A DNA stretch of 64,000 nucleotides from an uncultured Gammaproteobacteria bacterium (GTDB taxonomy: Bacteria > Pseudomonadota > Gammaproteobacteria > Steroidobacterales > Steroidobacteraceae), in contig CAWIQV010000023.1 in NCBI GenBank assembly GCA_963838275.1, forward strand, positions 10,730 to 74,729, in the 5' to 3' direction. Made by a program: the position numbers and the translations under genes. Under the pieces are notes generated by a model, which saw only the letters and a list, made by a program, of their open reading frames with translations, was not told the DNA's origin and ran no database searches. This document shows positions 29,218 to 38,272 of this stretch, in pieces (within the stretch, counting starts at the first letter, position 1; every line of letters starts with the position of its first letter).

Positions 29218-31737
29218 TTACTTGATCAGCGTGGTCGCGCTGCCGAGCACCGCGGCACACGCCGCCTTGACGATGGTGGCGGTGCGCGTCGGGGTCTGCA
29301 CGCAGGTCGGGTCGCTCGCGTTGCAGTTGACCAGGCCCGTGATCAGGCTGTAGAGCTCGGTGCGGATCTGCGGGTCGGTGGGCTGCGTCGCGACGTTGGC
29401 GCCGACCGCCGGGCTGTTGATCAGCGGCGTGATCACCAGGTCCATGCCCGCATTGGTGCCGAAGGCCTGCGCCGGGGTCTGGTTCAGGTTCAGGCCCGGG
29501 AAGAACGCAGCCTCGAGCGCCGGATTGTCGACCATCGAACTGCAGTACTGGATCGAGAGCTGCGCGATGCCGATCTGCTGCGACGCCAGGAAACCCTGGA
29601 TGTCCGGCATGGTCGGCAGCTGCTGTTCCACGGTCTGGTACGTCGTGTTGACCGCGCTCAGGCCCGGCGAGACACCGGTGATCGCGGCGTAGGACGCGTT
29701 CAGCTCGTCATAGACGTGCAGACCGATGTCGGCCGGCGCTGCCGTGTAGGTCGGCGCCGGAGCAGTACCGTTCACGATCGTGCGCGTGTGGGTGAAACTG
29801 CCGATCTGGTCGAAGTCCAGGAAGAACAGGTCATTCGCCGGCCCCAGCTGCAGCGGCACGATCGTGCCGACGCTCGAGAGCAGCTGGCCGTCGGTCGGCG
29901 AGTAGTTCGCGTTGGTCACGGCGGTGTTGAGCGTGCTGTAGGCCTGGCCTACGGGGAGCTCCTGGCCGTTCATGCCGATGTACATCCCGACGATCGGGAT
30001 ATTTCCAGGCTGGGCCTGCGGATTGAGGCTGATGAAGGTCGGCTTGTTGAACAGGTAGCTGAAATTGTCGAACTGGCTGACCTCGAACTCGATGTAGGTC
30101 TGCGGAATTCCGGTCAGAGCACTGACGTCGAACAGCAGGTAGAACAGCTGGCCGACGCCGGCCGCGTAGTTCTGCTGCACCTGCGCGGGAGTCAGCGCGG
30201 CGTTGTGCACGGCGGCGAAGCGGATCTCGCCCGCCCACGGCGTGTCCGTGGTGCTGGTCGAGGTATCGCTGCCGAGCAGGAATGCCATGCCGTTGTCCCA
30301 GTTGGTGAGCGCACCGGCGGCGGCAGGATCCAGATCGTTGGTCACCGCGCCATTCACGTACAGCTTGCGGCCATGGATCGTGTCGTAGGTCACGACGATG
30401 TGCTGCAGGGCGGCCTGCGCCGTCTGGTTCGCGACCGCGGTCTGCAGCGCCGGGGCGCCCGTCGCGCTGGTGTTCACGTTGCGTCCGTACACCTGGTACT
30501 GGAACTGGGTCTGCGCGAGTTCGAAGTCATGCGCGCCCGTGCCGCCCGAGTAGCCGGCCATGAAGGAATTCTTCTGCGCGACGTTGGCGGGTGCGGCCCA
30601 CAGCTCGAGCGAGTAGGCGCCGCTCTGGGTCAGCTGGTTGAAGAGCTTCACGCTCGACGCCACCGTGCCCTGCGCCTTGCCCGCCATGCCGTTGGGTCCG
30701 AAGCGCACGCCCCAGGCGCTGTCCCAGGCGTAGTCGCCGGACAGCGTCAGGTTGATCGCCGGATCCACGCCGCTGGTGTCGTACGCCGTCGAGCCGCTGC
30801 CTTCCTGGAAGCTCCAGCGCGCGATGTCGGCGGCGTCGTAGCGGTTGTTGCCGGAGGCCACGGTGCCGCTGAGCATCGTCAGCGCGCGCGATACGACCAG
30901 CGTCGGATCGACCGGAGTCACCGCGACCATGTTCGCGAACGCGGTGATCGCCGCCAGCATCTTGGCCGCGCTGCCGGCGCAATCCACGGGGCCACCCGGC
31001 GTCGTCGCCCAGCAGTTGTGCGACTCGGTCGCCAGACGCACGTAGAAGCGCGACAGGTCGGGCTCGTTGAGGTTGATCTTCGGCTGGGCCGCCGCATAGG
31101 CCTGCGCGACATTCGGGCTCGCGAAATACGGCGACTGCGGCAGGGACGCGGCCGGAGAATGGCAGCGCGAGCAGAACTGCTGCAGCAGCGGATACACCGT
31201 CGCCTGGAAGTCGGCGCCGCCGTCGTTGGGGAACTGCTTGGTCGGACCGACCGCCTGGTCCACTGGCGCCTGCAGCTGGATCTTGGTGGAGCCGGGCGCA
31301 CCGCCCGCGCCGCCACCGGCCCAGTTCTGGATCCAGGTGGTCAGGATCGTCGCGCAGTCCGAGGGGCTCGCGAGCCAGCAGTTGTGGCCACCGGCGACCT
31401 TGAGCACCATCGTGGATTGCGAGGGCTGCGTCAGGTTCACGACGGTGAGCGCGGCGGTATAGGCCTGGTTCACGTCATCCGAGCGCGCGAACTCCGGCGT
31501 CTGGCCGTTGGCGTGGTGGCACGCGCCGCAGCGGTCGGAGCCGTTGATGTTCTGCCACAGGTTGACCTTGAAAGCCTGCACGTCGGCGGAGGCCGGTGCC
31601 GGACCGGCGTAGGACGCGGCCACGTCATTCGCGGTGTTGGGGTTCTGCGTGGTCGCCGCACCGCCCGAACATGCCGCGAGGGCCAGCAGGCTTGAGCAGA
31701 GCGCGATGGAATGCAGAATGGTGCGGATGCGGTTCAC
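29218..31737 (-). CDS. lipoprotein with two CxxCH modules and a LamG/concanavalin-like central domain
   Basis: ORF 29218..31767. Likely GTG start (VNRIRTIL) after AAGGGAG. Lipobox LLALAAC. CGACH at 31516-31530 and CSRCH at 31159-31173. The central segment ...LELWAAP...FLLGSD...WAGEIRFAAVHNAALT is a LamG-like pattern. Confidence 0.75.
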   Translation of the reverse strand: MNRIRTILHSIALCSSLLALAACSGGAATTQNPNTANDVAASYAGPAPASADVQAFKVNLWQNINGSDRCGACHHANGQTPEFARSDDVNQAYTAALTVVNLTQPSQSTMVLKVAGGHNCWLASPSDCATILTTWIQNWAGGGAGGAPGSTKIQLQAPVDQAVGPTKQFPNDGGADFQATVYPLLQQFCSRCHSPAASLPQSPYFASPNVAQAYAAAQPKINLNEPDLSRFYVRLATESHNCWATTPGGPVDCAGSAAKMLAAITAFANMVAVTPVDPTLVVSRALTMLSGTVASGNNRYDAADIARWSFQEGSGSTAYDTSGVDPAINLTLSGDYAWDSAWGVRFGPNGMAGKAQGTVASSVKLFNQLTQSGAYSLELWAAPANVAQKNSFMAGYSGGTGAHDFELAQTQFQYQVYGRNVNTSATGAPALQTAVANQTAQAALQHIVVTYDTIHGRKLYVNGAVTNDLDPAAAGALTNWDNGMAFLLGSDTSTSTTDTPWAGEIRFAAVHNAALTPAQVQQNYAAGVGQLFYLLFDVSALTGIPQTYIEFEVSQFDNFSYLFNKPTFISLNPQAQPGNIPIVGMYIGMNGQELPVGQAYSTLNTAVTNANYSPTDGQLLSSVGTIVPLQLGPANDLFFLDFDQIGSFTHTRTIVNGTAPAPTYTAAPADIGLHVYDELNASYAAITGVSPGLSAVNTTYQTVEQQLPTMPDIQGFLASQQIGIAQLSIQYCSSMVDNPALEAAFFPGLNLNQTPAQAFGTNAGMDLVITPLINSPAVGANVATQPTDPQIRTELYSLITGLVNCNASDPTCVQTPTRTATIVKAACAAVLGSATTLIK

Positions 31738-31773
31738 GATGTGAGTCTCCCTTGAGAGGCCAGGCAACGCAGC

Positions 31774-32955
31774 CTAGTTGCCCATGCAGTAAACCGCGGT
31801 CTCAGCAAACACCTGCTTCATGCTGTAGCCGCTGGATTTGAAATCGGCAGCGATCTGCGCCGCCTGGGTATAGTCGGCCTGCGTGCTCGGAGGCCGCAGG
31901 CAGATCGCCTGGAACACTTTCTGGACCTGGCAGGTCGCGAACGCCTGGCTCGATGCCAGTTCCATGCCCAGGGACTTGGCGCCCTGGCCGCTGCCGGTCA
32001 GCGTCGGGTCCCAGCCCAGCGCCGCGTTCGGGCCGGTTCGCCAGCGGTTGTCCCAGCTGTCATCCTGGGTCACGTACCCGGCCGGGAAGTTGCCGGTATT
32101 GATGTGGTACTTCTGCTGCGTCACGCCAGGCGTGTACACCAGCTGCAACTGTGTCGGATCGTAGTTGTAGTATGCGAACGCCTGCGCCATCGGATCCATG
32201 CCGGAGTGGCAGCCGATGCAGTTGTTCAGGAACACGCGGCTGTCGCCGCCCGGAGAGCGGCTCACGTCCTGCCGGATCCGGTCGGGCGGGCGGGTCGTGT
32301 CCATCACCTGCGGCAGGTCGTTGCACAGGTAGTTGATCATCGTGAAGCGGAACATCGCGCGATTCGTCCCGGCGATGAAGAAAGCCTGGGCCGCTGCTTC
32401 GGTCGTGATCACGCCGGCGGTCGCGGTCGCCGGGATGCCGGTCAGCGAGGACTGCGTGGTCCGGACCAGCGCGGTAGAGAGGTCCACGCCGTTGTCGTCG
32501 AGGTACTGGTAATGATTGTTGTTGTTCGGCGCGTAGGCCGGTGCGCCCGGCGTATTGCCGGTGTACAGGATGTCGCCGGACAGCACCTGGTTGAACGGCA
32601 CGTTATCGCGAATCATTCCAATGACGGTGGCGGTGTAGTCGTTCAGCGGCACGAAGGCGGACTGCGCGCGATTGGTCGCCGGGGCGATGAAGTTGCGCAG
32701 CGTGACGTTGTAGAAGCCGCTGTTGGTCATCGCGAGCTGGGCGGCGCCGGTGGCATTGCCCTGGCTGATCAGCGTCGCCATCTGCGCGAGCACCGCCGGG
32801 GTCGGCGGCACGCCGGCCAGGCGTTCGTACATGCGCAGCGCCTGCTCGTTCGAGCCCGCGATCGCGGGCACGAGGGGCTGCAGACCGAGCAGTGCGGTGA
32901 GCGCCAGGGACGCAGTGCGCCGCGCCAGGTGTCCGCTCCGGTGTGCTGTTCTCAT
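31774..32955 (-). CDS. exported DUF1588/DUF1585-like protein with a CxxCH motif
   Basis: ORF track, 393 aa. Signal peptide, RBS AAGGGAG. AGVITTEAAAQAFFIAGTNRAMFRFTMINYLC...NNCIGCHSGMDPMAQAF resembles planctomycete PSD-type modules. CIGCH at 32206-32220. Confidence 0.7.
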   Translation of the reverse strand: MRTAHRSGHLARRTASLALTALLGLQPLVPAIAGSNEQALRMYERLAGVPPTPAVLAQMATLISQGNATGAAQLAMTNSGFYNVTLRNFIAPATNRAQSAFVPLNDYTATVIGMIRDNVPFNQVLSGDILYTGNTPGAPAYAPNNNNHYQYLDDNGVDLSTALVRTTQSSLTGIPATATAGVITTEAAAQAFFIAGTNRAMFRFTMINYLCNDLPQVMDTTRPPDRIRQDVSRSPGGDSRVFLNNCIGCHSGMDPMAQAFAYYNYDPTQLQLVYTPGVTQQKYHINTGNFPAGYVTQDDSWDNRWRTGPNAALGWDPTLTGSGQGAKSLGMELASSQAFATCQVQKVFQAICLRPPSTQADYTQAAQIAADFKSSGYSMKQVFAETAVYCMGN

Positions 32956-33165
32956 CTCGTCGCTCCCTTGGCGCGTACCGACCCCGCGCAGTGGTGCGGA
33001 CTATACGCACGCGAACAACGCGGCCGTAATGTCTCAAAGCACAGACAGCTGGTGGCATTACGTAGCAACGCTATGCTTTCGTGCTGGATCTGCGACTAGC
33101 ATCACGTCGCGAAACATCGCCAGAGACTGAACTCGCGAGCAAACCTGATCGGGAGCACCAGAGGA

Positions 33166-36072
33166 ATGACATTACCGCTACGCAATACCGGCATGGCGCT
33201 GGCCGTCGCGTTGCTGGCCGCATGCAGCAGCGGCGGTAACGTCGATATAGCCGACAACCAGTCCGCGCAGGCGGCCGCCAACGGAGCGGGCCTCGACTTC
33301 GCGATCGCTTACGTAAAGAAGAACGTGCCCACGGTTGCGACGGACCTCGCAGTTCTGCAGGCGCTCGACGATGTCTCGAGCGTGCGCCCGGTCCTGAGCG
33401 TGAATTCCAATGTGCCCACCGAACTGAGCAGCGCGGACGTCTACCTGCGCAGCACCGCCTCGCCCGAGGGTACCGAGACCAACCTGACGGCCAGCGTGAC
33501 CAAGGGCGGCGTGCCGGGCACCCTGTTCTGGGACGCCAAGGACCTGGATGCGTCCCCCGACGGCACGCAGCTGGTGTTCGCGCTGCGCGACGTGACGGCG
33601 GCCAATCTCAAGGACGGGCGCAAGGCGCCGACCTGGCACATCTGGTCCTTCGACATCCCGACCGGCACGCTCAAGCAGCTCACCGGCACCGTCGATGACA
33701 CGTTCCCGAACGGCAACGACGTGAGCCCGCATTTTCTCGCCGACGGGCGCATCGTGTTCTCCTCCACCCGCCAGACCCAGTCCAGGCAGGCGCTGACCGA
33801 CGAGAGCGGCACCGGTGCGAACGTGCAGCCGTTCGAGGCCCAGACCGAGTCGGAGAACGAATCGGACTTCGTGCTGCACGTGATGAACCCGGACGGCAAC
33901 GGCATCCACCAGATCACCTTCAATCCGAGCCATGACCTCGACGCGGCACTGCTGCCGAGCGGGCGGATCGCCTTCACGCGGTGGGACAACACCCCCAACC
34001 GCACCGGCAAGAGCGCGATGCACCTGTACAGCGCCAATCCGGACGGCAGCGACGTACAACTGCTGTTCGGCGCGCAGAGCCATCTCACGCAGAGCACGCT
34101 GCCGGCCGATCCCACGACCTGCCAGGCGCCCGTCGGCACCGGCACGCTCGGCTGCGACGTGGAATTCCTGCGCACGACGCCGATGCAGGACGGCAAGCAC
34201 GTCCTCGCCCTGGTCCGGCCGTTCAAGGGCGGAGACTTCGGCGGCAACCTGCAGATCATCGATATCGCCGACTACGTCGAGAACAACCAGGCTGTTCCGG
34301 ACACGCCGGGCACGGCCTTCGTGCCTACGGCCACCAGCGCGATGAGCCCCGCCACGCAGAACACGGTGCTCACGCAGACGCTGGCGGGCCTGCCGGTCCC
34401 CTCGCCCGGTGGCCGCTATAACTCCGCATTCCCGCTGTGGGACGGCACCGGACGCATCCTCGTGAGCTGGAACCAGTGCCGGCTGCAGGACCCGGTCGCC
34501 GGCACGATCCTGCCCTGCACCGAGGCCAACCTGGCGCTCGCGAATGCGGCCACGCCGACCCTCACGCTCGCGCCGCCGCTCTACAGCCTGTGGCTGCTGA
34601 CGCCGAGCGCCAACACCCTCAAGCCGGTGGCAGTGCCGGTCGAGGGCGTCATGATCAGCGACGTGGTGTCGCTGCAGCCACGCACGATCGCCTGCACCAC
34701 CACCAATCCCTACAGCTGCCCGACCGACACCGCGGTGCCGATGGGCTTCGACCCGGCGATGGGCATCCTCGACATCCGCAGCGTGTACGATTTCGACGGC
34801 CAGGCGATGAACACGAATCTGGTCAATCCGGCGATCACGACGCTCGCACAGATCGCGACGGCCAGCGCCGCCAACCGCCCGGCGCGCTTCCTGCGCATCG
34901 AACAGGTCGTGCCTTTCGGCGATCCGAAGCTCAACGACGGGTTCCCGAAGTTCGACCGCAATGTCGCGCTCGGCGGCTCGGTGGGTTTCATGCGCCAGCT
35001 GCTCGGCTACGTGCCGATCGAACCCGACGGCTCGGTGCGCGCCAAGGTCCCCGCCAATGTCGCGTTCCAGATCTCGGTGGTGGACAGCAACGCGCAGGAA
35101 ATCCCGGCGTTCCCGCGCCATACCGCGTGGCTGACGCTGCGTCCGGGCGAGGTCCGCAGCTGCAATGGCTGCCACGTGCCCACGCCCGGCCAGAATGGCG
35201 TGAGCGGGCGCTCGCACGGACGCGCGAACCTGTTCACGGCACTCAATCAGGGACAGGGCAGCAGCTTCAACGTCGCGTCCGGCAACGGCGCCGATGCGAA
35301 CCTGATCGTCTGCGCCGGCGATACCATGGCGCAGGAGGCGGCGGGCACCAATTGCAACGCCTCGCCGCACAACGCCTCCAACCTGAGCGCCAACGTCGTG
35401 TTCCAGGACATCTGGGGCGACGGCATGGCGGCGAACGGCAACGGTCCGATCAGCTATACCTACGGTGACCTGACGACCCTGATGCCCATTCCCATCGCCT
35501 GCGCGGGCGTCTGGGCCGCGCCCTGCCGCAGCATCATCGACTATCCGAAGCAGATCAGCCCGCTGTGGCAGGTCTCGCGCGGCAACAACGGGGTCAATAC
35601 CTGTACCAACTGCCACACGTCCAAGCTGCCGCCGATACCGACCCCGGTGCAGGTGACGCAGGTCGTCAATGGCCAGACGGTCACGACCACGGTGATCGTC
35701 CAGGTACCGCAGCCTCCCGCGGGCAATCTCGACCTCACCGATCCCACCGCGGCCGCCGGCACCCAGTTGATCGGCTACACCGACCTCGTGGATACTCATA
35801 CTGCGTCAATGTTCTCGGCCAGTCCGGCTGGTACGCTGGTGACGACGACGAGCCAGGTGCCGGGGTCGATCAATCCCGGCAATGCCGCCGGTTCGTGCTT
35901 CTTCCGGACAGTCACCGGTCAGCAGAACGGCTGCAGCATCATGGGGACGGTAAACCACTCCCCGGCCGCCGGCCCGTTCATGACCCCGGCCGAGTTGCGG
36001 TTGCTGTCCGAGTGGGTGGATATTGGAGCGCAGTATTACAACAACCCATTCGACGCGCCGCTGGCCAACTAA
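33166..36072 (+). CDS. lipoprotein with TolB-like beta-propeller repeats and two CxxCH motifs (HzsA-related-like)
   Basis: ORF track, 968 aa. Lipobox LLAAC. PD40-like repeats (SPDGTQLVFA, LADGRIVFSS, NPDGNGIHQITF, LPSGRIAFTRW, NPDGSDVQLLF). CNGCH at 35161-35175 and CTNCH at 35602-35616. Confidence 0.72.
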   Translation: MTLPLRNTGMALAVALLAACSSGGNVDIADNQSAQAAANGAGLDFAIAYVKKNVPTVATDLAVLQALDDVSSVRPVLSVNSNVPTELSSADVYLRSTASPEGTETNLTASVTKGGVPGTLFWDAKDLDASPDGTQLVFALRDVTAANLKDGRKAPTWHIWSFDIPTGTLKQLTGTVDDTFPNGNDVSPHFLADGRIVFSSTRQTQSRQALTDESGTGANVQPFEAQTESENESDFVLHVMNPDGNGIHQITFNPSHDLDAALLPSGRIAFTRWDNTPNRTGKSAMHLYSANPDGSDVQLLFGAQSHLTQSTLPADPTTCQAPVGTGTLGCDVEFLRTTPMQDGKHVLALVRPFKGGDFGGNLQIIDIADYVENNQAVPDTPGTAFVPTATSAMSPATQNTVLTQTLAGLPVPSPGGRYNSAFPLWDGTGRILVSWNQCRLQDPVAGTILPCTEANLALANAATPTLTLAPPLYSLWLLTPSANTLKPVAVPVEGVMISDVVSLQPRTIACTTTNPYSCPTDTAVPMGFDPAMGILDIRSVYDFDGQAMNTNLVNPAITTLAQIATASAANRPARFLRIEQVVPFGDPKLNDGFPKFDRNVALGGSVGFMRQLLGYVPIEPDGSVRAKVPANVAFQISVVDSNAQEIPAFPRHTAWLTLRPGEVRSCNGCHVPTPGQNGVSGRSHGRANLFTALNQGQGSSFNVASGNGADANLIVCAGDTMAQEAAGTNCNASPHNASNLSANVVFQDIWGDGMAANGNGPISYTYGDLTTLMPIPIACAGVWAAPCRSIIDYPKQISPLWQVSRGNNGVNTCTNCHTSKLPPIPTPVQVTQVVNGQTVTTTVIVQVPQPPAGNLDLTDPTAAAGTQLIGYTDLVDTHTASMFSASPAGTLVTTTSQVPGSINPGNAAGSCFFRTVTGQQNGCSIMGTVNHSPAAGPFMTPAELRLLSEWVDIGAQYYNNPFDAPLAN

Positions 36073-36811
36073 GGTCGTTCCGCTGCTCGCCGCATTGCTG
36101 CTGTCGCTGCCTGTGGCCGGACCCGCGGCTGCGCGCGAGTACCTGCAGCTGTTCGTGATGCAACCCTATCTCGAGCTGCATACCGGTCCCGGCCGCGGCT
36201 ATCCGGTCACGCAGGTGGTCGGACGCGGAGAGTCGGTCCAGGTGCTGATGCGTCGCACCGAATGGTTCAAGGTGCGCACCGAACGCGGTGTCGAGGGCTG
36301 GGCACGCGGCAGCGAACTGCTGCTGGCGCAGCAGGCCGACGGCACGCCATTCAGCTTCAACCTCGGCGACCGTGCCGGCTTCACGGATCACCGCTGGGAG
36401 ACCGGGATCATGGCCGGCAATTATGCCGGCGCCAGCACGGTCACGTTCTACCAGGCGCTGTCGCTGACCGAGCACCTCAAGGTCGGATCTGAATGCCGGG
36501 CAGTTCCTCGGCAACCTGTCGAACGGCTATGTGGTCGACGTCGGGCCTGACCCACGTGTTCATGCCGCAGTGGCGCTTCTCGCCATTCGTATCGCTGGGC
36601 GGAGGCTATGAGCGGGTCGAACCCAAGGCGACGCTGGCGGCACCGACCGATTCGAGCGACGCAGAATGGCTACATCGGGATCGGGGCGCGCTGCTACCTG
36701 ACCCGCCGGCTGTTCCTGCGCGGTGAGTACCTCAGCTACGAGGTATTCACCAACAACAACAGCAACGAGGTCAAGAAGGAATGGAAAGTCGGTCTGGCAT
36801 TCTTCTACTGA
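36023..36811 (+). pseudogene. SH3-domain plus outer-membrane beta-barrel protein, three +1 frame changes
   Basis: The frame of ORF 36023..36550 holds the signal peptide and an SH3-like segment (VTQVVGRGESVQVLMRRTEWFKVRTERGVEGW). Then LNAGQFLGNLSNGYVVDVG lies in the +1 frame. LTHVFMPQWRFSPFVSLGGGYERVEPK lies in ORF 36493..36726. GYIGIGARCYLTRRLFLRGEYLSYEVF...KVGLAFFY lies in ORF 36608..36811. Shifts at ~36490, ~36546 and ~36662. Confidence 0.6.
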
Positions 36812-37474
36812 GCGTTGCTGTGATGCTGGGCTGCAGCGGCTGTGCGCTGTTCCACCGGCACCGCAATGCCAGCCGCCGCGCCGGTCCAGTCCTCGCCGGA
36901 GGCCGATGCGTCGGCCGCGCCGCCGAGCGTGATCGAGCCCACGGTGGAGCGCCGTACCCTCCACGTGCCGCGGATCCGCGCCAGCAACGTCGAACTGGGC
37001 GCGTACTTCGGCGAGCTGTCGATCCAGGACTTCGGCGCCCAGCCGGTCAAGGCGCTGCGCGCCGACTACCACGTGACCGAGGATTTCTTCTTCGAGGCGG
37101 CCTACGGTTACGCCAAGGCCGGCAAGACCAGCGCCGAGATCCTGGGCGGATACCAGCTGCTTTCCGATGCTGAGAGGCGGTTCACGTATTACAACCTGTC
37201 ACTCGGCTACAACTTCCTCCCGGGCGAGGTGTTCATCGGCCGCCACCTCGCCATGTCGAGCTCGCTGTACCTGATCGGCGGAATCGGCGCCGTGAAGTTC
37301 GCCGGCGACCAGAATTTCACCGTGAATTTCGGCTCCGGGTTCAGGGTACTGCCGACGGACTGGCTGTCGATCCACATCGACGTCCAGGACCTGGTGTTCC
37401 GATCGGATGTGACCGGCGTGAACGAGCTCAAGAACAACCTGCAGGCAACGATCGGCGCGGCCGTATTTTTCTAA
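36781..37474 (+). pseudogene. outer-membrane beta-barrel lipoprotein, probable +1 indel after the signal peptide
   Basis: The signal/lipobox MESRSGILLLSVAVMLGCSGC is in the frame of ORF 36781..37173. The barrel body (...NLSLGYNFLPGEVF...ATIGAAVFF) is in ORF 36842..37474. The junction is CTGTTCCACCGG at ~36852. Span 694 nt = 3n+1. Confidence 0.5.
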
Positions 37475-37490
37475 CGGAGACACCCAAGCC

Positions 37491-38012
37491 ATGACCCGTC
37501 ATCCTGTTCGAACCCTGGCCCTGGCGCTGATCGCAAGCGCGGGCGCCGGGCTGCTGGTACCGGCCGCCCTGGCGGCGCCGGGCATCGCCCCCGGGGCGCC
37601 CGCTCCCGGCTTCCAGTTGCCGAGTTCCGGCAGCGGACCGCTGGCCCTGAGCGATCTGAAGGGGCAGGTGGTGCTGATCAATTTCTGGGCCAGCTGGTGC
37701 GGCCCGTGCCGCCAGGAAATGCCCGTGCTCGAGCAGCTGTATCGCAAGTACAAGCCCGCAGGCTTCACGCTGCTGGGCGTCAACGTCGAACCCAAGTCGG
37801 GGGACGCGCTGGGATTCCTGAAGTCGACACCGGTGAGCTTTCCGATCCTGTTCGACACGACCAGCAAGGTCAGCACGCTCTATGAAGTGTCGGGAATGCC
37901 GAGTACCGTGATCCTCGATCGCAAGGGCAACGTGCGCTACGTGCACCACGGCTACAAGCCGGGCGAGGAAAGCGAATACCTCGACCAGATCCGCACGCTG
38001 ATGCGGGAATAG
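37491..38012 (+). CDS. TlpA family thiol:disulfide oxidoreductase
   Basis: ORF track, 173 aa. Signal peptide. Active site WASWCGPC. PAPGFQLP motif. Confidence 0.85.
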   Translation: MTRHPVRTLALALIASAGAGLLVPAALAAPGIAPGAPAPGFQLPSSGSGPLALSDLKGQVVLINFWASWCGPCRQEMPVLEQLYRKYKPAGFTLLGVNVEPKSGDALGFLKSTPVSFPILFDTTSKVSTLYEVSGMPSTVILDRKGNVRYVHHGYKPGEESEYLDQIRTLMRE

Positions 38013-38014
38013 TC

Positions 38015-38272
38015 ATGAGCGCGCCTGCACATCGAGCCGGAGGTTGGCGGTGGCTCGCGCTGCTGGCCCTGGGCGCGGGCATGACGCTGCTCGGCGGCTG
38101 CGACGCGATCCAGCCCTGGGTGAAGCCCTACGAGCGCGAACATCTGGCCGACCCGATCATGTCGTTCACGCCCAACCCGGTGTCGAGCACCTATCTGGAC
38201 CATGCCTTCGAGGTACGCGAGGGTGCCCGTGGCGCCACGGGCGGCGTCGGCGGCGGGTGCGGCTGCAACTAG
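38015..38272 (+). CDS. DUF4266-like small lipoprotein ending in GGGCGCN
   Basis: ORF track, 85 aa. Lipobox LLGGC. C-terminus GGVGGGCGCN. 2 nt after the TlpA stop and abutting the next start. Confidence 0.65.
   Translation: MSAPAHRAGGWRWLALLALGAGMTLLGGCDAIQPWVKPYEREHLADPIMSFTPNPVSSTYLDHAFEVREGARGATGGVGGGCGCN

Noticed and set aside
33178-35799. 873-aa minus-strand ORF
   Set aside because: It is antisense to the beta-propeller/CxxCH lipoprotein gene, which has a lipobox, an RBS and repeat structure. The antisense peptide is Arg/Gly/Ala-rich with no domain pattern.
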